A stretch of 64,000 nucleotides of DNA from Gemmatimonadota bacterium (GTDB lineage: Bacteria > Gemmatimonadota > Gemmatimonadetes > Gemmatimonadales > GWC2-71-9), in assembly GCA_031431925.1 (NCBI GenBank), contig JANPEL010000369.1:22134-86133 (forward strand), given 5' to 3'. The notes under the pieces were generated by a model. It was not told the DNA's origin. It made no database searches and saw nothing but the letters and a program-made list of their open reading frames with translations. Position numbers and translations under genes: made by a program. Below, one piece after another: positions 17,719-26,855 of this stretch; the stretch's first letter is position 1, and every line of letters starts with the position of its first letter.

Positions 17719-20259
17719 CTAGAATCGGGTGGTCAAACCACCGAGGAGGCGGCGCCCGTTGACCGAGCCGCCGAAGATCGAGTAGCGCTGCTGGTCGAAC
17801 AGATTGGTGGCCGCCACATAAACTCGGAGGTTGTTGTTGACGGCAAATCCCGCGTTGGCGTCGATCGTGCCCTGGGGTTCGATCCAGCCGGCGAACACCC
17901 CGGCGGCCCAGTCATACCCCTTCACCGCCCGGAAGTTCACCCCCAGATCGAGGCCACTCCGGCCGGCGTACGTCACCGCGATGTTGCCTTTCGAACTGGG
18001 CGTGTTGGGAAGCAGTTGATCGCCCGCCAATTGCTCGTTGATGTCGAACCGGAAGATCGTCAGGTTCGCATCGACCCGGAACTCGTCCGCCAACTGGAGG
18101 CCCGCGGCGAACTCGAAGCCGTACTGCGTGGCTTTACCGGCGTTGGCATACGACACGACGATGGCGGTCTTGCCATCTTCCTGCCGGGTCAGGCCCCGGC
18201 CGGCGGTGGCGGTGGCCGGATTGGCGAGCAAGGCGCTTCGGACCGCGCCTTGGAGGGCGGCCCGGGCGGCGGCGGGTACGGCGGTCGGAGCGGTCCAGGC
18301 ACCAAAGGCCGGGTTGACGCCGGGCAGCAGATCGGTGACGAAGTCTTTCAGCACGTTCAAATAGGCGTCGACCGAAAAGTAGAACCGATCGGTCAGGTCG
18401 CCGCGGTAGCCGATCTCGATGCCGGTGTTCTTTTCGACTTGGAGCTTGTTATTGCCCCGGGCCCGGACCGGGACGGCGGCGGTGTTGTCGAACAGCTGTC
18501 CGGCCGGCACGCCGGCGAGGAGGGGGCCTAACTGCGGGTTGGCCCGGAGACCGGCTTCGAGGGCCGAGAAATTGGCCGGCGCGCCGGCGGCGGCATTGAG
18601 GAAGAACTCCGAGTAATTCGGGGTCTGGAATGCCTTGTTGAACGTGAACCGGATCGAATGCCGGTCGCTCGGCGAGTAGACGATGGCCGCCTTGGGCGAG
18701 AATTGGGCGTCGATCAGGCCGCCGAGATCGTACCGGCCGGCCGCCACCAGTTTGGTGACGTCGCTGAGCTTGTATTCGAACTGGCTGAAGAGCGCGTAGT
18801 AATTGTCGGTCCGGTCGTCATCGGGACGATTGATCAGGGTCCGCTGGGTGTTGAGGCTGTACTTGCGGAAGGAACCGCCGAGCACGAACCGACCCTTGCC
18901 GTCCGCGAAGGTGTTCTTCTGCTGGCCCTCGACGTGGAAGATGTCGGACCGTTCCTCGAGGCCCGCACCGGACGCGAGCGAATACTGCGGCTCTTCGGTA
19001 TTGCGGCCATTCCAATAGGCCATCACGTCGAAGGCCTTCGCGGCGTAGTTGAAGCGGGTGTAAGGCCGGATCGATTTGGTGATTTGCACGCGGCCGATGC
19101 CGGTGACGGCGGTTTCATTTTCGGCCATCGCCATCCCGAACTCACCGGTGGCGATGTCGCCGTTGGCGGTGTAGTAGTCGAGCCGAGCTGACCCGTAGGT
19201 GCTCTTGACGGGGTCCCGGTCGCCGGTCAGTGCGCCGGTGGCCAGGTCGGCGGTCTGGCCGTTCAAGGCCCTGAGCTCCCGCCGGGAACACGACGAGCAA
19301 AAGCCCCGGAAGGTCAGGGAGTCGGTGGCGGGCCGGTATTCGGTCTTGAGGGCGCTGCCGTCGGCCAGGGTCCGGGAGCGGGACCAGGTGTCGCTGCGGT
19401 AGTAGCCAACGTTGACTCGGTACCCGAACCGGCCGTCGTACAGCAATCCCGCGTGTCGGAGATCCGCCTTGGCGGTGGAAAGCCCGCCGCCGCCGACGCT
19501 CAGTTTGGTGCCGACGACTTCGCGCGCCGCGGGGGTCTTGATGTTGAGGACACCCGCGTAGGCGTTGGCTCCGTAGAGCGCCGAACCGGGGCCGCGGACC
19601 AATTCCATCGAACCGATATCTTCGGTCGGGACCGAGAGCGCGTTCCACTCTTGGTTGCCGAGGAAGCCGGTGGCCACATCGCGACCATCGATCAGCACCA
19701 GCACCCGGCGGTTCAACGACGAGTTGAATCCGCGGGTGTTGACGTTGAAGTCGTTGACCCCATTTTGGGCCAAGTCCACCCCGGGGACCGCGGCTAGGGC
19801 GAGCGGCGCCTGTCCGGTAATCGAGGTGGTCTGGAGGGTCCGGGCGTCGATGACCGACACGGCCGCCGGTGCTTGGGTGGCCCGCTCCGGAGCTTTCGAG
19901 GCGGTGGTGACGATCAAGTCATTCAAGGCGATCGGATGGGCTTCCATTTTGGCGTCGGCCGTGGCGCTGCCACCGGCGGTTACCGTGACCGACACCTCGG
20001 TCGGCTTGTAGCCGAGCCAGCGAAACACCAACGTGTAGGTGCCGGCGGGTACCCGCTCGAGCACGTAACGGCCTTGGGTGTTGGTGACGGCGCTGGTGCC
20101 GGGGCCGCGGACCCCAACTACCACGCCGGCCAGCGGGGCGCCATCATCCGCTCGGGTGACTTTGCCGGTAACTGTGCCGGTGCTCTGGGCCATGACCGTG
20201 GGTGCCGCAAGGAACGCGAGGGCGGCCGCCAGCACGCCCGCCGAACGAAGCAAACGCAT
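17719..20259 (-). CDS. TonB-dependent receptor with N-terminal carboxypeptidase-regulatory-like domain
   Basis: Signal peptide; GTVTGKVTRADDGAPLAGVVVGVRG...GRYVLERVPAGTYTLVFRWLGY; plug region (TQAPAAVSVID, PGVDLAQNG); C-terminal ...RLLGGLTTRF. Confidence 0.85.
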   Translation of the reverse strand: MRLLRSAGVLAAALAFLAAPTVMAQSTGTVTGKVTRADDGAPLAGVVVGVRGPGTSAVTNTQGRYVLERVPAGTYTLVFRWLGYKPTEVSVTVTAGGSATADAKMEAHPIALNDLIVTTASKAPERATQAPAAVSVIDARTLQTTSITGQAPLALAAVPGVDLAQNGVNDFNVNTRGFNSSLNRRVLVLIDGRDVATGFLGNQEWNALSVPTEDIGSMELVRGPGSALYGANAYAGVLNIKTPAAREVVGTKLSVGGGGLSTAKADLRHAGLLYDGRFGYRVNVGYYRSDTWSRSRTLADGSALKTEYRPATDSLTFRGFCSSCSRRELRALNGQTADLATGALTGDRDPVKSTYGSARLDYYTANGDIATGEFGMAMAENETAVTGIGRVQITKSIRPYTRFNYAAKAFDVMAYWNGRNTEEPQYSLASGAGLEERSDIFHVEGQQKNTFADGKGRFVLGGSFRKYSLNTQRTLINRPDDDRTDNYYALFSQFEYKLSDVTKLVAAGRYDLGGLIDAQFSPKAAIVYSPSDRHSIRFTFNKAFQTPNYSEFFLNAAAGAPANFSALEAGLRANPQLGPLLAGVPAGQLFDNTAAVPVRARGNNKLQVEKNTGIEIGYRGDLTDRFYFSVDAYLNVLKDFVTDLLPGVNPAFGAWTAPTAVPAAARAALQGAVRSALLANPATATAGRGLTRQEDGKTAIVVSYANAGKATQYGFEFAAGLQLADEFRVDANLTIFRFDINEQLAGDQLLPNTPSSKGNIAVTYAGRSGLDLGVNFRAVKGYDWAAGVFAGWIEPQGTIDANAGFAVNNNLRVYVAATNLFDQQRYSIFGGSVNGRRLLGGLTTRF

Positions 20260-20365
20260 GATTCCGTCTCAACCGTGGGGGTGAACGTAAACCCGCGCCG
20301 GAACGGGGTTCCGGTTTGGGCCGAAGAAGGTGCATCCCGAACCGAGGGTAGGCAAGGGCGAACCG

Positions 20366-21556
20366 CTATTTGACCAGACTGACTTTCGTGACCCGGACGC
20401 GTCCCGGTTCGCTGCCGCTTGGGGCCGGTTCGGCGTAGGCCACGTAGAGATCCGATCCCACCAGGGCTGTCCGGGGGAATCCACCGTCCCGGGACCGGCT
20501 GGTCGTCGCGACTGTCAGGATCTCTCGATCGGCACCCCCCCCGCCAACCGAGCGGACCCGCCAGAAGGCCTGATTGCCGTCGGCCTCGAGCCAAGTCACG
20601 ACGCCTCGACCTGGGCTGGTCATCTGGAAGTGTACCCGCCCCAATGGGTTACCCTCGTCAATCCGGATCGGCTTTCCGAACGTCCGACCCCCGTCGGTCG
20701 AGAAGGCGGCATTGACCTTCGGGACGCCGTTGGCCGCGGTAAACCACGCCACGCCCACGTCGTTGCCCGAGGCGGCGATGGACGGACCGTTCACGGGACA
20801 TTGTCGCGAAACCCACCCGTCGTTTGCCACCTTCACTGGTTCCGACCACCCGGCTCCGTCCTGACGGACGACAGCGATGTCCCGGATCTCCTGTTCCGAC
20901 CGATCCCGGTAGGCCACCACCAGCCCACCTCGCCCCGCAGTCATCGAGACTTGGCAGCACTCGCAGGTTCGGGTGTCGAGCGCGGCCTCGGCCGAGACGG
21001 TTCCATCGGGGTTCCAGAGGGCAGTCCGGACGGACATTGCGCCGGCGGAGTCGGTCATTTGGCGGCCGTCGAGCCAGGCCACGGCCACCGAACCCGAGCT
21101 GAGGGGGACCATGGCGACGAAGCCGTGCTCGGTGGCGGAGGTATCGGAATGGACGGTGACCGGTGCCGACCAGGTCCGGCCCCGGTCTCTGGAGGCGGCG
21201 AGCTTCACATGATATGCGTAAGCCTTCGTCGCGGTCTTCTCCAACCAATGGACGACCCAGGTACCGGTCGTGGTTTCAGTGATCGAGGGGAAGTCAGCCC
21301 AGTTGACGAAGAACTTGTCGCTTTCCGCGATCGTGACGGGGGGAGACCAGGCCCCGGCTGATCGGCTGGCCGCTCGGAGCGCGTAGCGACGATCCGCCCG
21401 GGGTTCGAACCAGCTGAGCATCAAGTCGCCCTTGGAGGTGCGACTCAAAAACGGTTTGCTGCTGCCCGGCGGGCCGGTCCATTCGAGGGTGGTTTTCCCA
21501 CTGGGGGTGCTTCCCCCAACCGCCAGAGCCGCGAGGACGATCCACGCTGTTCGCAT
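20366..21556 (-). CDS. BNR/Asp-box repeat protein of the sialidase (exo-alpha-sialidase-like) beta-propeller superfamily, secreted
   Basis: Asp-box motifs SRDRGRTWS and STDGGRTFG, an N-terminal signal, and repeated propeller-blade pattern. Confidence 0.7.
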   Translation of the reverse strand: MRTAWIVLAALAVGGSTPSGKTTLEWTGPPGSSKPFLSRTSKGDLMLSWFEPRADRRYALRAASRSAGAWSPPVTIAESDKFFVNWADFPSITETTTGTWVVHWLEKTATKAYAYHVKLAASRDRGRTWSAPVTVHSDTSATEHGFVAMVPLSSGSVAVAWLDGRQMTDSAGAMSVRTALWNPDGTVSAEAALDTRTCECCQVSMTAGRGGLVVAYRDRSEQEIRDIAVVRQDGAGWSEPVKVANDGWVSRQCPVNGPSIAASGNDVGVAWFTAANGVPKVNAAFSTDGGRTFGKPIRIDEGNPLGRVHFQMTSPGRGVVTWLEADGNQAFWRVRSVGGGGADREILTVATTSRSRDGGFPRTALVGSDLYVAYAEPAPSGSEPGRVRVTKVSLVK

Positions 21557-21591
21557 GGTTCAATATCGCATCGGCCGGCCGGGTCCGCCAA

Positions 21592-22041
21592 TCAGTCGGT
21601 GGCGGCCTCGAGGGCTGCTTGGTTGGGCCACCGGGTGTGGCCTTTGGCCAGGTCAGCCAGGGTGGTGTGGCGGAGGAACCGAACCACCCGGTCGCCGAGG
21701 GCGCTCCAGGCCGCGTGGGCCGGACAGGCGGCCTTCGCGGTGCACTCGGGCTGGCCTAGCAGACACCGGCGAACCGAGTCGAACCGTTCGAACGGCTCGA
21801 CGATCTCGTACAGGGTGATCTGGTTCCGGGGTCGGGCCAGCAGGAAGCCGCCGTGTTTGCCTCGGACCGAGTCCAAAACCCCGACCCGCGCCAACTGGGA
21901 GAGGGTTTTGGAGAGGTAATTCCTCGGCACGTCGAGGGCGTCAGCCAGGACGGCGACATGGACCGGGCCGTGGGCCTCGTGTTGGGCCAAGACCGTGGCG
22001 GCCCGGAGGGCATACTCGGATGTTTGCGAGAGAATGGCCAT
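21592..22041 (-). CDS. Rrf2-family transcriptional regulator with Fe-S ligand set (NsrR/IscR-like)
   Basis: MAILSQTSEYALRAATVLA...NYLSKTLSQLARVGVLDSVRGKHGGFLLARP is a winged-HTH. C-terminal RCLLGQPECTAKAACPAH gives C-x6-C-x5-C-x2-H. Divergent from the nos operon. Confidence 0.85.
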   Translation of the reverse strand: MAILSQTSEYALRAATVLAQHEAHGPVHVAVLADALDVPRNYLSKTLSQLARVGVLDSVRGKHGGFLLARPRNQITLYEIVEPFERFDSVRRCLLGQPECTAKAACPAHAAWSALGDRVVRFLRHTTLADLAKGHTRWPNQAALEAATD

Positions 22042-22053
22042 TTAGACTCCTCT

Positions 22054-22075
22054 AACGTCATGATAATATGACATT
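22054..22075. promoter_or_regulatory. AT-rich inverted repeat, candidate Rrf2 operator in the divergent nos/rrf2 promoter region
   Basis: AACGTCAT-gataat-ATGACATT has 7 of 8 positions complementary. It begins 13 nt upstream of the Rrf2 start codon (22041), inside a 166-nt intergenic segment of visibly lower GC. Confidence 0.4.
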
Positions 22076-22207
22076 TACGGCGTGCAAGTCCTTGATTTCC
22101 ATAGACCCTGAAGAGCCCCTCACGTTCAATTAATGAATTCTCGCCTGGAACCGCGATAGGATCATCGTGAGCAAGCAGTCTCCAATGACACTCACGAGCG
22201 GGGGGGT

Positions 22208-22681
22208 ATGCGCGGTTTTCTGGCGGTGGTCGCGGTGACGGTGATGGCGGCGGGTTGCGGCGGGAAGGACAGTGCCGGTTCGGCCCCTCCGGCGGCCGGC
22301 GCCCCGGCGAGCGACCTGACGCCGTTTCAGCTCGAGCACGGGATCGGGCCGATCACCGAGGTCCTGACCCTTGGGGCGCTCGATCAGGGCCTCGCGGATT
22401 CCGGTCAGACGGTGTTTGGCGCCAAGTGCACCGCGTGCCACAAGATGGCCGAGAAGTATGTGGGCCCGGCGTTAGGCGAGGTACTGACCCGCCGGTCGCC
22501 GACGTTCGCGATGAACATGATCCTCAATCCGAATGAAATGGTCGAACGTCACCCGGTGGCCAAGCAGATGTTGGCCGAGGCGATGACGATGATGGCGAAT
22601 CAGGGGTTGACGACCGGCGAGGCGCGGGCCGTCGTGGAGTATCTCCGCACCCAAGCCACCGGAACGGTGAAAACACAATGA
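22208..22681 (+). CDS. nosC: Monohaem c-type cytochrome lipoprotein (NosC-like electron donor)
   Basis: Lipobox VMAAGC, single haem motif CTACH, and downstream Met-rich segment. Its stop overlaps the nosZ start as ATGA (22678-22681). Confidence 0.8.
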   Translation: MRGFLAVVAVTVMAAGCGGKDSAGSAPPAAGAPASDLTPFQLEHGIGPITEVLTLGALDQGLADSGQTVFGAKCTACHKMAEKYVGPALGEVLTRRSPTFAMNMILNPNEMVERHPVAKQMLAEAMTMMANQGLTTGEARAVVEYLRTQATGTVKTQ

Positions 22682-24621
22682 CACGGAGGAATCGAACCAT
22701 GCGGGTCGCGACGTTGGGGTTACTGGTGCTGGCGGGATGTGCCGGCCAAGGCGGAAGCCCGATCGGGGGCAGTGGCGACGCTGCCTCCAAGGTGTACGTG
22801 GCGCCGGGCCAGTACGACGAATTTTATGCGTTCATGTCCGGCGGATTCAGCGGGCAGGTGACGGTCTACGGGCTTCCCTCCGGCCGGCTGCTCCAGCAAA
22901 TCCCGGTGTTCTCCCAGTATCCGGAAAAGGGCTACGGCTACTCGGAGGAGTCCAAGCCGATGCTGGCCACCAGCTTCGGGTCGGTGCCGTGGGACGACGC
23001 CCATCATCCGCAGCTCTCGACGACCAATGGCGAGCACGACGGCCGGTGGCTCTTCATCAACGGCAACAACACGCCCCGGATCGCCCGGCTCGACCTCACC
23101 AAGTTCGAAACCGAAGAGATCCTCGAGATTCCGAACTCGGGCGGCGGGCATGCTTCGCCGTTTCTGACGGAGAACACGGAATACGTCGTCAGTGCCACTC
23201 GGTTCTCGGTGCCGACGCCCCAGGCGGACGTGCCGATCGCGGGATCGAAGTTCGGGGGTCTGTTGTCGTTCGTGAAAGTCGATCCGACGAGCGGCCACAT
23301 GGCGTTGGCCTTCCAGATCCATATGCCGGGGTTTCACTACGATCTGTCGCGGGCCGGCAAGGGTCCCTCGCATGGCTGGTCGTTCTTCAGTTCCTACAAC
23401 TCCGAAGAGGCGAAGACCCTGCTCGAAAAGAACGCCTCGCAGAAGGACAAGGACTTCATTGCCGCGGTCAACTGGAAACAAGCGGAACAGTGCGTCGCCG
23501 ACGGCAAGGCCAAGCAGTGGCCCGCCAAGTACGCCCACAACATCCGCAGTGCGGATGGCGTCGCGACCACGGAAATGCTGACCTCCGCCACGGTGCTCGA
23601 GCCGGCCGACTGTCCCGGCATCGTCTATTTCCTGCCGACCCCGAAGTCGCCCCACGGTGCGGATGTCGATCCGAGCGGCGAGTTCATCGTCGGTGGCGGT
23701 AAGTTGGCGACGATTCTGCCGGTGCACTCGTTCTCGAAGATGATCAAAGCGATCGCCGACAAGGCGTTCGAGACCGAAATCGACGGCGTGCCGGTGATCC
23801 GGTACGAAGCGGTCAACGCTTGCGAAGTGCAGAATCCGGGCTTGGGCCCCTTGCACACTGAGTTCGACGACAAGGGCTTCGCCTATACGTCGGTGTTTCT
23901 GTCGTCGGAGATCATCAAGTGGGACCTCAAGAAGTGTGTCGTGGTCGATCGCACTCCGACGTTCTACTCAATCGGACATTTGATGGTTCCCGGCGGCGAC
24001 ACCCGGAAGCCCGATGGGAAGTACGTCGTCGCGCTCAACAAGATCACCAAAGACCGGTATCTGCCGACCGGGCCTGAGCTGACCCAGTCGGCCCAGCTCT
24101 ATGACATCACCGGCGACAAGATGAAGTTGTTGCTCGACTTCCCGACCACCGGCGAACCGCACTACGCCCAGGCGATCCTGGCCTCCAAGATCAAAGACAA
24201 GCAGCTCAGGACGTTCGCGTTGGAAGCCAACCACCATCATGCCGCGGTCAAGGCCGAGAAGGACGTCAAGGTCGTTCGCGAGGGGACTACGGTCCACATC
24301 TACATGACGGCGATCCGGAGCCACTTCATGCCGGACAACATCGAAGGGGTGCACGTGGGCGACGAAGTCTTCTTCCACCTCACCAACCTGGAACAGGACT
24401 GGGACGTGCCGCACGGCTTTGCGGTCATGGGCGCGAATACGTCGGAACTCTTGGTGATGCCGGGCCAGACCCAGACGATCACCTGGAAGCCGACTAGGCC
24501 CGGCGTCTTCCCGTTCTACTGCACCGACTTCTGCTCGGCGTTGCACCAGGAAATGCAGGGGTACATCCGGGTCTCGCCGAAGGGCTCCGGCACTAAAGTG
24601 TCGTTCAACACGGGGCAGTGA
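22678..24621 (+). CDS. nosZ: Nitrous-oxide reductase, clade II (atypical, Sec/lipoprotein-type) NosZ
   Basis: CuA motif CTDFCSALHQEMQGY. First CuZ motif is DDAHHPQ (DxHH without the third His), as in clade II. Seven-blade propeller length (647 aa). N-terminus has lipobox LVLAGC rather than a Tat signal. The start could alternatively be Met8 (22699). Confidence 0.95.
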   Translation: MTRRNRTMRVATLGLLVLAGCAGQGGSPIGGSGDAASKVYVAPGQYDEFYAFMSGGFSGQVTVYGLPSGRLLQQIPVFSQYPEKGYGYSEESKPMLATSFGSVPWDDAHHPQLSTTNGEHDGRWLFINGNNTPRIARLDLTKFETEEILEIPNSGGGHASPFLTENTEYVVSATRFSVPTPQADVPIAGSKFGGLLSFVKVDPTSGHMALAFQIHMPGFHYDLSRAGKGPSHGWSFFSSYNSEEAKTLLEKNASQKDKDFIAAVNWKQAEQCVADGKAKQWPAKYAHNIRSADGVATTEMLTSATVLEPADCPGIVYFLPTPKSPHGADVDPSGEFIVGGGKLATILPVHSFSKMIKAIADKAFETEIDGVPVIRYEAVNACEVQNPGLGPLHTEFDDKGFAYTSVFLSSEIIKWDLKKCVVVDRTPTFYSIGHLMVPGGDTRKPDGKYVVALNKITKDRYLPTGPELTQSAQLYDITGDKMKLLLDFPTTGEPHYAQAILASKIKDKQLRTFALEANHHHAAVKAEKDVKVVREGTTVHIYMTAIRSHFMPDNIEGVHVGDEVFFHLTNLEQDWDVPHGFAVMGANTSELLVMPGQTQTITWKPTRPGVFPFYCTDFCSALHQEMQGYIRVSPKGSGTKVSFNTGQ

Positions 24622-24625
24622 TCCA

Positions 24626-25204
24626 ATGATGACCAGATGGGCCAGAATCCTGTTGGCGGTCGCCGCTTTGGGTCTGGTGACGAGCTATGTGGCGCCGCTC
24701 TGGCACATTGCCTTGAAGGCGCCCCAGTACCCCGAGGGGCTCGGCATGTACATCTGGTCGAGCAAAATTACGGGCGAGCTCCGGAGTATCAACGGGCTCA
24801 ACCACTACATCGGGATGAAGGAAATCCACCCCGAGGCCATCCCCGAGCTCCGGCTGATGCCGCAGATCGTGGCCGGCCTCGTGGTGCTTGGCCTGATCGC
24901 GGCGGCGTGGGGGCGCCGGAGCGGGCTGTACGCCTGGACCGGACTTTTTCTGGCCGGCTCACTGGTCGGCCTGGCGGACTTCTGGCGCTGGGGCTATGAC
25001 TATGGGCACAACCTCAATCCAGAGGCGGCGATCAGGATTCCCGGGATGAGCTATCAACCGCCGTTGATCGGGCCCAAACAGCTCCTCAACTTCCAAGCGA
25101 CGTCGTGGCCCGCGACGGCCGGGTGGTTTGCCGTCGGCGGGCTGACGGTTGCCGTGGTCCTCTCGGTACTCGAATGGCGCCGAGCGCGGCGGGTGCCGGT
25201 CTGA
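24626..25204 (+). CDS. nosB: Four-TM membrane protein in the NosB position of clade II nos clusters
   Basis: Hydrophobic segments ILLAVAALGLVTSYVAPLW, IVAGLVVLGLIAAAW, LYAWTGLFLAGSLVGLADFW and WFAVGGLTVAVVLSVL. Position directly after nosZ. Confidence 0.6.
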   Translation: MMTRWARILLAVAALGLVTSYVAPLWHIALKAPQYPEGLGMYIWSSKITGELRSINGLNHYIGMKEIHPEAIPELRLMPQIVAGLVVLGLIAAAWGRRSGLYAWTGLFLAGSLVGLADFWRWGYDYGHNLNPEAAIRIPGMSYQPPLIGPKQLLNFQATSWPATAGWFAVGGLTVAVVLSVLEWRRARRVPV

Positions 25205-25656
25205 GCCGGCTTGGCGCCATCCTCCTTGCCGTCTCGGCGGGGATCAGCGGGGCGGGGTGTGGTCACCCCGCCCCGCGGCCGCTGGTGGAGGGCCGGGAGG
25301 TCTGCGATCATTGTCACATGACCATGGTGGAGCGGCGTTTCGCCGCTGAACTGGTGTCGACCACCGGCAAAGTGACGCCGTTCGATGATGTTGGTTGCCT
25401 GGCCATGGGTGTCCTCGCGGCCGACTCGAGCCGGATTGCTTCGCTCTGGGTGGCCGATTTTCTCGAACCCGACTCGATCGTATCGGTCGAACGGATGGTC
25501 TTCCTTCGGACCGATTCCATTCGGACGCCGATGAACTATGGGATCGTGGCGGTCCGTCCCGGGCCGGGCGCGGACAGTTTGGCCCGGGTGGTAGGCGGCG
25601 TCCGGCTCGCCTGGCGCGACGTGATGGTCTGGGCCCGGAATTCGGGGGCCCGGTGA
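25174..25656 (+). CDS. nosL: NosL copper-chaperone lipoprotein
   Basis: Signal with ISGAGC lipobox, then EVCDHCHMTMVERRFAAE and PFDDVGCL, characteristic of NosL. Start trimmed to the ATG at 25174, which overlaps nosB by 31 nt. Confidence 0.8.
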   Translation: MAPSAAGAGLSRLGAILLAVSAGISGAGCGHPAPRPLVEGREVCDHCHMTMVERRFAAELVSTTGKVTPFDDVGCLAMGVLAADSSRIASLWVADFLEPDSIVSVERMVFLRTDSIRTPMNYGIVAVRPGPGADSLARVVGGVRLAWRDVMVWARNSGAR

Positions 25657-26855
25657 TCGGTCTGCTGGCGGTGATCGGCGTGATCACGGTGTCGCCGGCT
25701 GGTCCGGTCCGCCTGCTGTCGGCGGGGGTGGCGCTGGCGCGGGCCGGCGATACGGTGCTCGTGACCGCCGGCCGGTACCAGGAACAGGGTTCGATCCGGA
25801 TCGACCGGCCGGTGACGATTCTTGGCCGGGGCCGTCCGGTGATCGTGGGGCGCGGCGACCACACGGTACTCCTGGTTGCCTCCGCCGGGGTGACGATTAC
25901 CGGGCTCGCGATCGAACACGTCGATCCGATCAGCACCGAAGACCGGGCCGGGATCCGGCTCGAAGGTGCCACCGGTTGCCGGATCGAGGACAATGCCATT
26001 CGCGACACGTACTTTGGGATTTATGGCGCCAAAGTCGAGGACTGCCGGATCGTCGGCAACCGCGTCACCGGTCCACGCCACTCGGAGCAAGCCAGCGGTA
26101 ACGCGATCCAGTTCTGGAATTCGAACCGGATCACCATCCAAGGCAACACCGTAACCGGGCATCGGGACGGGATCTATCTCGAGTTCGTCACCGAAAGCTT
26201 GCTGGCGGACAACGAGAGCCGAAACAACCGGCGGTATGGCCTTCATTTCATGTCGTCCCACGGCTGCACCTATCGGCGAAACCGGTTCATCGCGAACGGG
26301 GCCGGGGTGGCGGTGATGTACACGAAGCGGGTGGTCATGGAGGCCAACGACTTCCTCGACAATCGGGGGCCCGCGGCCTATGGGCTCTTGCTCAAAGACA
26401 TTACCGATAGCGACATCCGCGGGAATCGGTTCCGGAGCAACAGCACGGGCCTCTATCTCGAGGGCGCCAATCGCCTGATGATTTCGGGGAACCGCTTCGA
26501 GGGCAACGGATGGGCGGTCCGGTTGCTGGCCAACTCGATCGACAACCGGTTCGAAGCCAACGGGTTCTTCGGGAATGCCTTTGACGTGGCGACGAACAGC
26601 CGAACCGCCTCGAGCACCTTTGCCGGAAATTATTGGGATCATTACCGGGGGTTCGATCGGAATCGCGACGGGAAGGGCGATGTGCCCCATCGCCCGGTTC
26701 GGCTCTTTTCCCTCGTCGTCGAGCAGAACGACCCCGCGTTGATCCTGCTCCGAAGCTTGTTCGTCGACCTCCTCGACCAGGCCGAGCGGGTGTTGCCGAT
26801 CCTCACGCCCGAAACGCTCGTGGACCTGACCCCGCTCATGGAGCCGCCGCCGTGA
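25653..26855 (+). CDS. nosD: NosD periplasmic right-handed beta-helix (CASH domain) protein
   Basis: Repeated ~23-aa beta-helix turns (NAIRDTYFGIYGAKVEDCRIVGNRVTG, NTVTGHRDGIYLEF, NRFIANGAGVAVMY ...). GTG start at 25653 forms GTGA with the nosL stop. The upstream part of listed ORF 25395.. is in-frame junk. Confidence 0.85.
   Translation: MIGLLAVIGVITVSPAGPVRLLSAGVALARAGDTVLVTAGRYQEQGSIRIDRPVTILGRGRPVIVGRGDHTVLLVASAGVTITGLAIEHVDPISTEDRAGIRLEGATGCRIEDNAIRDTYFGIYGAKVEDCRIVGNRVTGPRHSEQASGNAIQFWNSNRITIQGNTVTGHRDGIYLEFVTESLLADNESRNNRRYGLHFMSSHGCTYRRNRFIANGAGVAVMYTKRVVMEANDFLDNRGPAAYGLLLKDITDSDIRGNRFRSNSTGLYLEGANRLMISGNRFEGNGWAVRLLANSIDNRFEANGFFGNAFDVATNSRTASSTFAGNYWDHYRGFDRNRDGKGDVPHRPVRLFSLVVEQNDPALILLRSLFVDLLDQAERVLPILTPETLVDLTPLMEPPP

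Noticed and set aside
20260-20365. Structured 106-nt leader upstream of the TonB-dependent receptor (hairpin CCGGAAC-ggg-GTTCCGG at 20298-20314), considered as a cobalamin or other riboswitch
   Set aside because: It is too short for a cobalamin riboswitch and I saw no B12-box-like sequence. It may simply be a terminator or attenuator after the sialidase-like gene.
22125-22137. TTCA-ATTAA-TGAA upstream of nosC, considered as an FNR/CRP-type box
   Set aside because: It has only 4-bp arms, a 5-nt spacer and no TTGAT/ATCAA core, which is too weak to call. The AACGTCAT/ATGACATT repeat is the better operator candidate.
22720-23856. 378-aa minus-strand ORF and 321-aa alternative plus-frame ORF inside nosZ
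   Set aside because: nosZ is unambiguous from its CuA/CuZ motifs and full length. The overlapping frames are compositionally aberrant.
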